Source of the DNA: Balanoglossus misakiensis
Lineage: Eukaryota; Animalia; Hemichordata
Assembly (NCBI GenBank): GCA_040954595.2
Contig: CM082584.2
Location: 13,137,337-13,201,336 of the forward strand
Length of the DNA: 64,000 nt
Direction of reading: 5' to 3'
Shown: in pieces, positions 39,096 to 51,000 of the stretch
Layout of the letters: each line of letters opens with the position of its first letter
Numbering within the stretch: position 1 is the first letter of the stretch
Made by a program: the position numbers and the translations under genes
Notes under the pieces: generated by a model
Database searches by the model: none
What the model was told of the DNA's origin: nothing
What the model saw: only the letters and a program-made list of their open reading frames with translations

Positions 39096-42000
39096 CTGTT
39101 GTGAGGAAGACAACAAGAAAAGCTCACAAAAACCCTTTGTTGAAAAAATGCATTATTTAGGTCAGAATTATGGTTGATTGGGAGACAAATGTTCACACAC
39201 CCATACATAGATATATACACACACACCAGCACCTACACACACCACATTCAGATCGATATCACTTCCTACCTTCCCAGTGATTCACCATCTGAGTAACTGC
39301 ATGTTGTATATCTCCAAGACGTGACTGTAAGTACACACACAAATACAGTAACATTAGTATGCACATAAATTAATATGACCCACTACTGACATAGTTAGCA
39401 AGTCACAAATGATTAAAAAAATGCACAGGTTGTGAGTCAGGAACCCAATGTCCAGATCAGATGGTACTCATGGTCATCCTGCCCAAACTCAGTATATCAA
39501 CCTACATGATAACTTTATTCATCGGCAGCTTACCTCAATAGCTGGATGTGTTCTGAAGTTTGCAGTTAACACAAGTAGCCAGACACATATCGCCTGAAAT
39601 GAAATAAAAAACGAAAGATGAACACACTGAATTGCGGTACGGGATTACTAGCATGTTTCAAGTTACTAGCATATACAAATTTTCGGTGTAGGGGTGTATT
39701 TTATTTGATCAATCAAACTAAGACATGGTCTACGGTGTTTTTGTATGTTGCCTGTGTGAAAATATGGTGAAAGAAGTGGTTATTGATACCATCTAAAAGT
39801 GCTTGGAATAATTATTCTATACTCTACAAGACGGGATGGAGGAAGCTGTTATGTAAAGGATTTGGAAATACTACGTTTTAAGACTAAAATTAAAACACAA
39901 TTTTAATAAAAATACTATATTCAAAGAAATGACACACTAGATTGGATTAATACATTTAGTGTATGATCTCTTGAGACACAGTTAGAGGTGTTGATATTAG
40001 ACATAAAGTGGTGTTTTTTTAGGGGGGAGGGGTCAGCATGAGGAAGGTTCACATAAATCCTTGAAATTACCTCTTTCATGGTACCCATGGCCTGTTTCAT
40101 GTAACAAAAGACATATTTACTAAAATATTAGAATCTTAACCAAATGAAATTGCAAACAAACCACAGCACGCTACACTACAGGTTACATCTATAGTGATAA
40201 TTTACGCAAAAAGAACTTTAACTTGATGACCATGATGTTGTCGTTGATTTTTGGAGTGCCTTCTGAGCGTTGTATTTTTTCATTCTCCGTGTTTCTAGAA
40301 AAATGCTGAGCATGTTTTAAAGACAGAATGGTGCGAGTTGTCATGGTAATCTCCTTTAACTTTTTGCAAAGCACCGACAGGACTACATATTGGAAAGTGT
40401 GTTAGATGCTTGCATGGTTCAGAGGTAACATTTTCTATTTGATGTATTTTTGCGGACAGGTATGCTATTGAAAGAAAGTGACCATTTCAAAAATGGATTT
40501 CTTTCATTGAAATGGGTAAACTAATGCAAGATACATCACACAGTGCCAGGAATAAATTAACTGGTAAAATTTACACACAGTTTTATTAAATGCCTAGCGA
40601 ATTTGAAAACTGGCATGACGGTTGCGCTGGTGATGAAAAGTGGTGTGAGGGATCTTGCCCACAAAAGCTACAGCTGCTGTGATAGTGCGCGTAATTTACA
40701 AAACGGCAACGAAGCAACTTTGCCAGCATTGCCAGCGATGCTTGCACACTTTTCACAATACTTACTAAAAAGCTTTCACCCATGTCAAGTTCAATGTCCA
40801 CGAAGTCCTGATGTAACATAAATTTGACATTTAGCAAAATGCATCCAATCACAACACAGCACTGATAGCATTCGAACATGAAATATTGTCGTTACTCTTG
40901 TAAAAGAATTTGCGCTGGCTTCATTTTTTTTTGCAGTCGGGGCTTTGCTACGAAGGAGGTCATCATTCAGCTGACACATGACATACAAATTCAGACATAG
41001 AAACATGTGGTTGCCAGTATTTATATTAAACACCTACAACTGCCCTGTTATCAGCAACACCTGCTAGCATGCATGCATTTCATATTCTGAAGGATCAAAT
41101 GAAGGCTTCCAAAGAAAAAAACATGCCATACATGAGAAAGCACCAAGCATTTACTTATCCTTTCATTCAGTTGTAAAACCCATTTGTAGTAATTGTACAA
41201 GTAGCTGTGAAATTTAAATTACCTCCGTGTTATCAGCTGGTACATCATCCAGGTATTTTTCCAGCAGGAGATTCAGAATCCAGACCAGGTCTTCTCCATA
41301 GGGTTCGCGTGTTCCCCTGTCTTCCATGCGCACTTTCCATACATCTCCACCATGGGGCGAAAAGGGACCTTGGATTGCAGTGACCAGGGAATCACCGATG
41401 GAGAAGTGAAGTGCTATGTGTTCTGTTCTCGGCTGCACACGTATCTACGGACAAATGTATGTTTAATATGTTAAGTACATGTGTACAGGCACAGTTACCA
41501 TTCTAATATATTTGTTGAACATGTACCTTGTGATCCATGGCTGCTTTGGAAGCCTACCATAGGTCATGAAATTCTCTGTACAAAGTTTGGGAGCTGACTG
41601 TATAAAACTGCCCACATGGTAATTGATTATTGTGAACTTACTGTAGCGCTTTCCAAAAGTCCTTTGAGAACAATATTTCTGAATGGGTAATGGACATCTC
41701 CTATGGTTTGGAATGCCACAGCCTCAGCTGCTTTGGCCTTTTCCTACAGAGAAGGAAACAACATGCACTCAGATTGTGAGCCTCTGGATTGTTGGATAGC
41801 AAAACCAGTTCAGAATTTCAGCATTCGTTAGTTTCATAGGTCTCCAAAATAAACCACACACACCTCTATTGAGTCGTTTGCTGAAAGGACTTTCCCCATG
41901 ACTTTTTGTAGCACAGCCAGTCTTGTCATTTCCTCCACTTCTGTTTCTTCCTCACTTTTGGATACACCTTCAATTGCCTTCTCTTTCCCACCTTCTCCGT

Positions 42001-45000
42001 TGTTCAGAGGGAGTGGCCCATTTCTGCCGATCTCTCCAAGCGCTGTGCACGCCGCTTCAACCAGCATCACAACAACACTGTCCAACTTTGTCACTGAAAA
42101 TCAGACATTGGGAGAATTTTGTCAAGTCTACTGTCTAGCAAGATGTAATTATCTATCTGATAAGCTAAATGTTTGCAGGTAACTAACTCATTTGATTAGT
42201 CGGGCCACACAAAGTGCAACAACCTGTACCCAATATTACAACTTTACTGACCATCTTAGCTATTTTGTTTCTGGGGACAAAGCCTCCACGTTCATATTTG
42301 CTTCACATCACCTTGTTTCTCAACAATCTTGGTCAGCAGCTGAAGACTACAGCTGAAGGAAATATAGTCTACATACCGATGGCTTTAACGGCTTCCGTGA
42401 AGATAACATCCTCGTTGCTAGAATCACCAATATGTTCGATATTCTCGTGACTTGCAAGTCTTCTTCGCTTTTGGAGATACTTGCCGATGATGTGACCAAG
42501 TGCCAGTGTGGAACCATGTTGGACCTCCAGATGCTGTGTTGCAAAAATAATTGTCTGTCATTATTTGATTGCCTATCTGATGTGCATGATACCATAGCAA
42601 TACAGCTACATGTACTTCAACACCAAAGCGATATTTTGTCACTATTGGTCCTTGTTTGGGTACACTTACCTCATGGTTGAGGTCCTGTGTCATGTCGTGT
42701 ATTTCTGTGAGTAAGATATTCTTGTCCACATATTGCAGCAGGACACCGTAAAGTTCAGCAGCAAATCCTCGCATCTCCATGTTCTCTGAATGCAGGAATA
42801 CCTGGAGAACAGAAAACACACATGCTTTGTGTCATGGTCTAAAATATGCTCTTCATAAACATTTTCACTTAAACATCTACCATATACTTATTAAGTGCAT
42901 GTTGCTAGTCAGTGGCATAATTACCTGATACGGACATTTAAGCCAATATTATCAGCCTATTAAACAAAGCCCTACTGAAGACTCTGAAAACTTTTATCAA
43001 TGACAGAAGTATAGAATACTGTAGGTTAAAAGGGTTTTGCTGACCTTCAATCGACCAAAGCTGGAGATAAATTCCGGGGCGAGTCTGTCCGATGCCACAG
43101 CCACCAGCTCCAGGATTCTGTACATGGTAGCTGGTCCGCCGACAGCAGATACATACTGGCGCAACATTGCAGAGTAGAGTCCAATGGGACTCTCAGACGA
43201 ACTATCACCAAACTCCTCCAGAATTGCATTTACACGTTTGGATAGCAGAGGTCCCTGGAGTCGCATCTCTTCGGGAGTGGCCACGTTCGGGTTGACTCGC
43301 GATTCGTAGGCCAGGCACATGCGCAAGTAAATGGTCATCTGTGAAAGAGAGATACATTCTTAGAAAGGATATCATGCATGAACCGTTGAGTACCATGTTT
43401 AGCTGGATAGTCATGATCCAAATAAACCATTATGAACGATAATACATGTACACATCTCACCTTTTCGTATGCAGTCGGTGAAAATGGAATAGTGTGTGTC
43501 CCTAGTGGTCCACTAGCTTTGATTGTTTTCGTTGTAATTCTGTCTTTGGCCTGCAATGAGAAAATAAACACTTTCATCTAACTCAATATCATTATAAAAT
43601 CTATGCAAAATTCTAAAATTCATTTGATCTGGACAGGATGAATAGTTTCACCATTTAGTTTATATTGCTTACTCTCAGACTGATGAAAGTCACAAGGGAA
43701 ACAAAGTCTGGGAATAAATTGGCCTTTGCTTTGTCATCTGCCTTCAGGTTATCAGCTTTCTTGGCTTGGATTCGCAGAGCCTCCAGAGCTTGGGTCCGTA
43801 TAATCTTCACCCTATCAAGTAAACAAACATGCATGTGTAAATCCTGTGATCATGCATTTCCTATTATGACAGTTATAAACTGACACATGCATGTTAATGT
43901 ACACACAACTTACATTCATCATTATAATCTTTAGTGGTATAAGTAGCACTGTACTGGCCCAGAAGACCAGGCAAAATGGCCTTTTGTGACTTGCAAAACT
44001 GGGTTATTATTGATCGGCAGATAGTACTTACTCATCTCCAGAAGCAAGCAGCAAGGCATATTTGGATGGTACATGATTGGATGCAAAGACTGCAAAAGCA
44101 TATTGCACTGCCATCAGACGTGACTGGGGAAGTGGCTGAAAAAGAAAAATACAAATAGGCTTTAACCGCAGTTTGCATCACAGTATAATGTCTGTAAGGT
44201 TAGCATCAGATGGCCTGGAATCTGCCAATGTCTTTTACATATGGGCATGCACCAGCTTTGTTAAAGGAAAACAAGAAAGGTACACACCTTTTCAATGTTA
44301 CTCAGAATCAAATCTTCCAACAACGTCACTTGGTAGTCATTCCAGTTGGTGTAGTTATCGGCCAATACCGACAAACTCTCCAGAACATACTTCCTCATGT
44401 TTTCAGTCTAAAGATAAAACAAATGACACTTAGAACATCTCTCCACAGGTATTGCTGATACGGAAACAAAAATGAACTACGCTTTATAACATAATGGTTG
44501 CATACAAAAGGGAAATAAGAACAGTTACTGCCTGTGTCTTTGACAGACTTTGATGTGGTGCATCCTCCGTTGTGATCATGGCTAATTGATGTGGAGGAAA
44601 CCCCCGGTCTTTTACCTGTAATTCTGAACTCTTCTGCAAAATCGTGAGTCTATCTGTGAGTTCATAGAATGACGGGCGATGTTTCGGTTCCATGGCCCAA
44701 CACTTGCTCATCAAAAGGAACCTATTGAAGAAGAATGAGACAATGGTGTTAATTCTCTGACCTTGATGTTCTGGACAGGATCAACAGACTAAGAGAACGT
44801 TGGAGAACACTGTGTTCAAAAGGTAGACTGATTCCATAAGGTCCCATGGTATATATACATACCAAAACAGGACCTAAAAAGACTCTGCAATCAACACCAC
44901 TTCTATGAATCTGCATTGCAAGAAACCAGGTTAGACTTACAAATCTTCCGGGATGACAGATGGATTTTCAAGTCTATGTCCGGCTCGAATTGCAACCCTG

Positions 45001-48000
45001 AGTTCCTCAAGCTTTGTTTCTTCATACGGAATACGACCTGCGTGCGACATACAGTAAATATGTTAGAAATATGAGGAGCATACCAGCCATCTTTACAACA
45101 CATGTACCTCCAAATTTTCTGACTCAAAAACAGACCTATCCAAGGACAGAAATGTTGATAAATGACATACCAATTGTCGCTAACTCCCACAGAATTACAC
45201 CAAAGGACCACCTGTGAGAAGAAAAAGTGCAATGATTACAATCACACAAGATATACAAGTACTTTCTATGATAGAAATAAAATTAACAAAATCGATAAGA
45301 CTTCTATGACTAATTTATATTTTTTTGTACTTACACATTGCTTTTGCCCGTGTAGTTATTGTAAAAGAGTGATTCATGTGACATCCACCTGATGTCGTCT
45401 GGAGTCTACAAAAAAATCACAAAAATAGCATAAGTATGGTGGACATGTACAAAGAAGAGCATGTGCATCACTCTACGGTATCTGTAATATACACGTTGTG
45501 TGATAAATAGGTATTGCATGATAGAAAAAGCCATCTTACCTGTGACTCGCGAGGCAGTGATGCGTATCTACTCTCTTCCGGCAGGGGTACTGCAAAGTCT
45601 GTCACCCTGGCAACCAGGTTGGCACTGACGATCACATTCCTTGCGCCAAGATGGTGTTGAACACACTGTCAAACAAAATCCAGAATTTACTTTAATATGG
45701 ATGAATGTTTATGTAATGTTTAATATGTTTATTTACATGTACACCATTGTTCATCTTAACTTGGAAAATCATCCTAATACAGAGTAATTCATTATTTATT
45801 AAATGTTGTCATAGGGCCTAACCTGGGTGGAAATACCAGCACACAAGCAGGTCTGGCCACATTATTGCTCAGAGGAGTTTTATAAACACTGAAGAAAATG
45901 GTTGATATTCATACTCACTTTCAGCGAGGCCAGGTAACCCATGCCTTTGGAAATATCAATGGCAAAATCGTACAGTTGTGGCATCACCTGAAGAGCGACA
46001 TTGAACCCAGGCACCGACAGACGCACAGGGTCATGAAGACGATCTAGATTTCTGAGCCAAATGTCTAATCGAACATTTTCTGAATCATCATTTACGATCA
46101 TCACAGGACCTGTAACGCAGGAATGTAATTCTTTTCAGAAATCAAACTTGCAAATTTGTTATAGAATTGTTTACTGTTTAACATAAAAAGTACAGCAACC
46201 AACATCATTGAGAAAGGCCAAATGTTAACTATATTTGACAGAAAAGGTTGCAGTCTCTGATAATTCGAAATGCATTGATTCCTTACCATTGACTGAACAT
46301 GCTCCAACCAGATTCACAATATTTGTATGTTTACCGACTCGACTCAACACATCCAATTCTTGCTTCAGAAGTGTCTTGCCATCATCATCATCGTCATCTG
46401 GGAAGATTGTATGGGAGACACATTGCACAAAGACCAACAAAATGTTTGTTTCTTTGAAAGCCATGTAAGGCAGATGGGATTCAAGGTCAGTCTGCCTGGT
46501 TGTGAAGTTTTAGACAATAACCCCCCAAAATTACTCAGACCACAAAAGAACATTGATGATCCTCCTGACATCCTACCTTGTAACTTCTTCACTCCAACGT
46601 CTGCAACCTCACCAAATGATTCCACCTTTCCTTCCCAAAGTTCGTCTCTAAATTTGCCGGCCGCCAGAAGCCTGATGAGAACGAGTTTGTCTCTTGGGAT
46701 CTCCCACCACTGGGCCTTGGTCACATGGATGCTAACAGCTGTTTCATCCACTTCTGTTACAGGATGGCTCGGTTCAACTGAATATGGAATGTCGGCCTGT
46801 TCAAGACAGGAAAGATACCATTAAGACTTGAACTTTTCAAAATCTGGTACTGATATCAAAAAAGATTTTGAACACTTTTACACGAATCTTCACTATGCTG
46901 GAAAAGTACGGTATATTATAAAGCAAGAAATAAGAATGTAGCTTACTGCAAATTTGATATTAAGATAATTTATATCAGATACTCATAGTAGCTAGCATAC
47001 CTTCCTCGCCTCTTCTATTGTCAGGGCTTCTTTGTCGGCGGAATATTTCTTCTTACGGAGACATGCCACCATGCATAATATACAGCAAAGCAGTAACACA
47101 AACACTACTATCACTATAGCAACAATGAGGTAGAACCACCAACTGTCGACGGATAATACTGGTGCAGTCACTCCAACTTCTGCAAATTATCAAGAATGAA
47201 TTTTCTTGGTTTTTCTACGAATAGTAGGTTATTCTCAATATCATTATTAGGTGCACGAGTTTTACATTTGAACAATGAGAAAACGGGTCATCGTCTTTTT
47301 CATTTTTCCAGTGTGCAGCGACTATTTGAAACAGTGCATAGGCAGATGTTGCAGAAAGAACAATTTGCAAGTCAAAAATGGATAAATGGACCCCTTGACA
47401 AATTACCTGTTTCTGTTGTAAAAAGAACGAAAGGCGTGTACGTAATGGATCCTTCCACACCAACAATCTTCATCATCACAACATACTGGGAACCTGGGGT
47501 CAATTGAATCAGTTGTACAGATTCTGTGCCGACTGGCAGGAATGATGTCATAAGCCAGTCTTCATCGGCCGTCTTGTACTGAATGACATAGCCGTCAATG
47601 CCAGCGGTGTCGTTGAAATACCAAATTGCAGTAGCGGTCCTGTCCTTCACGGCGATGACTCTCAGTGAGAATGGCAAAGGAGGTACCAGAGCTGGAAGAG
47701 TTATGACTGTGATTAGTGCTATTTTCAACTGTTGATGCAAGATAGTCATGATATACTGTGGTTATCTTTCTCATTTTCTTGTGTGAACTTTGTTGCTTGA
47801 TTTCTACGGTGCCTGTAAATGGACCTCTGATCAGTTGAATAACCAAAAAAAAAACAAATAAATAAATAAATATGACTGATCAATACTGGTGCGCTGAAAG
47901 ACAGGAGCAAAAGAGAAGGACGATCAGTGTCCATGTGATTCTGCTGTGGTGTTGCCGCTAGCAAGGATTGTAGACTTTGTGTGATTGTGGCAAAGATTGC

Positions 48001-51000
48001 AATTCCAGTGAATTAATCAGCAAAGAAGCAACATGCATGGAACACTGCAATGCAGATGCATTTCTTCTGCATATATGGATTGGTGAGCTCAGGATTTGTC
48101 GTCTGCTGTCCTGGAAAGTCGTCTGCATTCGTTGGAATGGTGGAGACCATCCTGAATCGAGCTTGTTCTCATCATATCACTTTGCGCGTTTTGTTCTTCA
48201 CTTGGAAAGCAGCAGTTGCTTGTGTTGGTGCATTGTGATTGCTTGACTACTTCACGTCATACAAGCCACAATAAGACAAAGTTGTCAGATAACATGGCAA
48301 ACAAGACATGCATAGAGAGGGTGTTCGCTACAACATTTAGTGCCAGATACGGTAACTTCTTCTTGTGGAAGCCACACTATGCCACAGCAAACACTAGAGA
48401 AAGCAGCATGTGCATTGCATGTCAGAAAAGCCTTTTGAAGGATAGTCCAACTTCTGTTGAAATGAAGTCATAGAATTACCAACACGTAGATTAATTCACA
48501 AACCTAATGTTTCGAAGAAGTACGCTGGAGTCAAAGTAACCTCGTCTGAGTATTTGTGGAAGAATATTATACGGAAAATGTACTTGGCTTTGGGGTACAA
48601 ATCAGTCAGTAATGCACTTGTGTTTGGCATGGCCACATACGAGGAGTTGTGCCAAGTTTCGTTGGACGTCCGATACTGGACAATAGCACCGTCCGTTGTG
48701 AAGTTGCTAGTCAAGTCCCACTGGACGGTGGCTCTAGAACTAGTGATGTCTTTCACCCTGACATTATAGGGCGATGGTTCACCTATGGACACATAAAGTA
48801 TGTGATTTTCTCAATGAGAGAAGCTTTCGATGGAAATATGGTCGAAGAAAAATAACATGAGAAAGTGGCCAAAAGTTAGAGTCAATGGAGGAGCTTTAAA
48901 ATTATGGATACATTGTTGTCTGATGGCCTGGTACGTGAGTGAAACTACAAACCAGTCAACCTTATTAGATGCTATATTTTACATCATGAAATTGCATGTA
49001 ACTTTTTCTCAAGACTGGTAATGGCGACAGCATTACTGGGGCAGCCCTGACACTTTTAGCAGGGCAAAACTTTCCATAGTGTCTAACCTGTCGTCATGAA
49101 GTTGTAGAACGGCGAAACCGCAGTGCCTTGGTCTGTTGCAACAACCACCAAACGATATGTGTACGGAGTTCCCGGAAGCAGAGATGACAACGTCACGGAG
49201 TTGTTACCCACGGCAACAAAGGATGAGTCCATCCAATTATCACCATCATGGGTGTACTGCACCGTAACACCAGCAACATTGACATCGGCGTCAAGCTGCC
49301 ATAACACTGTGGCTGAATTGTCGGTTATATCAATAACTTTCACATCATATGGCAGAGGTAAACCTAAGGGACATAGGAGTTTATTAATGAAGTGAACCTG
49401 AAAAAAATATGCTCGTTATTGTGATCTCTCTCTCTCTCTCTCAAACCGTATGAAAACATCGAAACAATGTCCAATATAAACACATAATACGTTTATCAAC
49501 TTACTTTCTGTTTGCAGCACCTGTGGCTCACTCTCCCCAGTCCTTCCATCGACACCGACCACTACAACTCTGATTTCATAGCTAGTACCGGCTGATAAAC
49601 CCTCCAATACGAAGTTGTTGCTGTCAGGTGGAAGGACAGCAGCGTCAACCCAATCAGCATCAGGGTCATCAGATGGCCGGTACTGCACAATGACTGAATC
49701 CACACCTGTTGGATCCAGCGTAGGCCAGCTGATTGTGGCACCCCCGGGGCCGATGTCAGAAATTTCAATGTCACTAGGAACTGGCAGTGGTGATGGAGCT
49801 GAGTAAAAACAAACCATGAGATTTGTATTTGTGCACAGAATATAACCAAAGTTTAGGAAACAGGCCGACAAGTCAAGACCTTCAAATTGAGGTTTTTTAA
49901 AAATTTACAACAATAGTGCAACAGTTTTGATAGTTCACGGAAAGTATGAATAATTAAATACCAAAATACACGTAAAAAGAGGTGCAAGAAAAAATCACAG
50001 TAGTAATTGAGAGAAACAAAAATGTCTGAAACATTAATAGTGACAAGAAATTACCATTGGTTGTGAAATCTGTACTTTCGGTAAAATCTTCGTAGGCACC
50101 ATCGCTACTGACAACATAAAGACGAACATTATAAGGTGTTTCTGCAGTCAAGTTGACTATTTTGTGGGATGTTGTTGACGGATCCAGTGCGCTTGAATTT
50201 GACCAAGCAGGTTCAGCAGTGTCCCTAGCAACACGCTCTCTGTTTTCACGATACTGCACCATTAGGGATCCGACATTGGAATCATTGTCGAGTTTCCAGG
50301 TGAGCTCCACTGATTCGTCTGTCAGGCTTGCAATGGTGACGTTATACGGTAGAAGCATAGCTGGGGGGAAAGGAACAAATAGCAATCAGAGACAAGAATG
50401 GGTGAGAAATCACATCAGTGGATGTCAGAAGTAAACAAATTATGTCACATGCATTGATTAAAAATCTGTCTGAAGACACACTTACTGTTAGTAGTAAATG
50501 TAACAGGTTCTGTTTCGTCATACATGCCGGCAGTTCCAGCGATTATCTCCAGCTTGTAGGTGTAGTCGGTGTTCGGGGAAAGACCCTCTATGACGAAAGT
50601 ACCACCAGGGGCAGGTATGAAGGAGGACTTGACCCAGTCGTCAGCTGAACCAGTTTTCCTGTAATTCACCCGTGCACCTACGGTCTCGGCATCAGAGTCA
50701 AATGTCCATGTTAATGTTGCCGTGAAGGGTCGTGTTTGAACTTGTATGTGGCTTATAGATGGTACAACTGTGGATTGAAGAAAAATTTGTGAAGAAAAGA
50801 TTATTTCAAGGGATGACAAAACTCTGTAAGCTGGTGAAAAAATCATTGCACCAATCCCCAAACCAACTTCTTTTAAATCAGTGTCCTTTACAAAATGTTC
50901 TGTTTTTGCAAATCTGACACAATTGGTATTTCAATGAAATCAATTCCGAAAAATGGAGATGCCAAGATACCTGCTGTTCGGAACGATATTGTTTCACTGT

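Noticed and set aside
39594-41222. 1.6-kb intron within the ECM29-like segment with short ORFs
   Set aside because: Flanking exons join in frame and stay colinear with ECM29. The ORFs lack motifs; probably repeat-derived but unclassifiable by eye.
39270-44407. A normal full-length ECM29 gene or a decayed pseudogene
   Set aside because: Both the N-terminal part and the C-terminal half are absent with no room for them, yet all 12 exons are open with intact splice sites. An independent short transcript cannot be fully excluded without RNA data.
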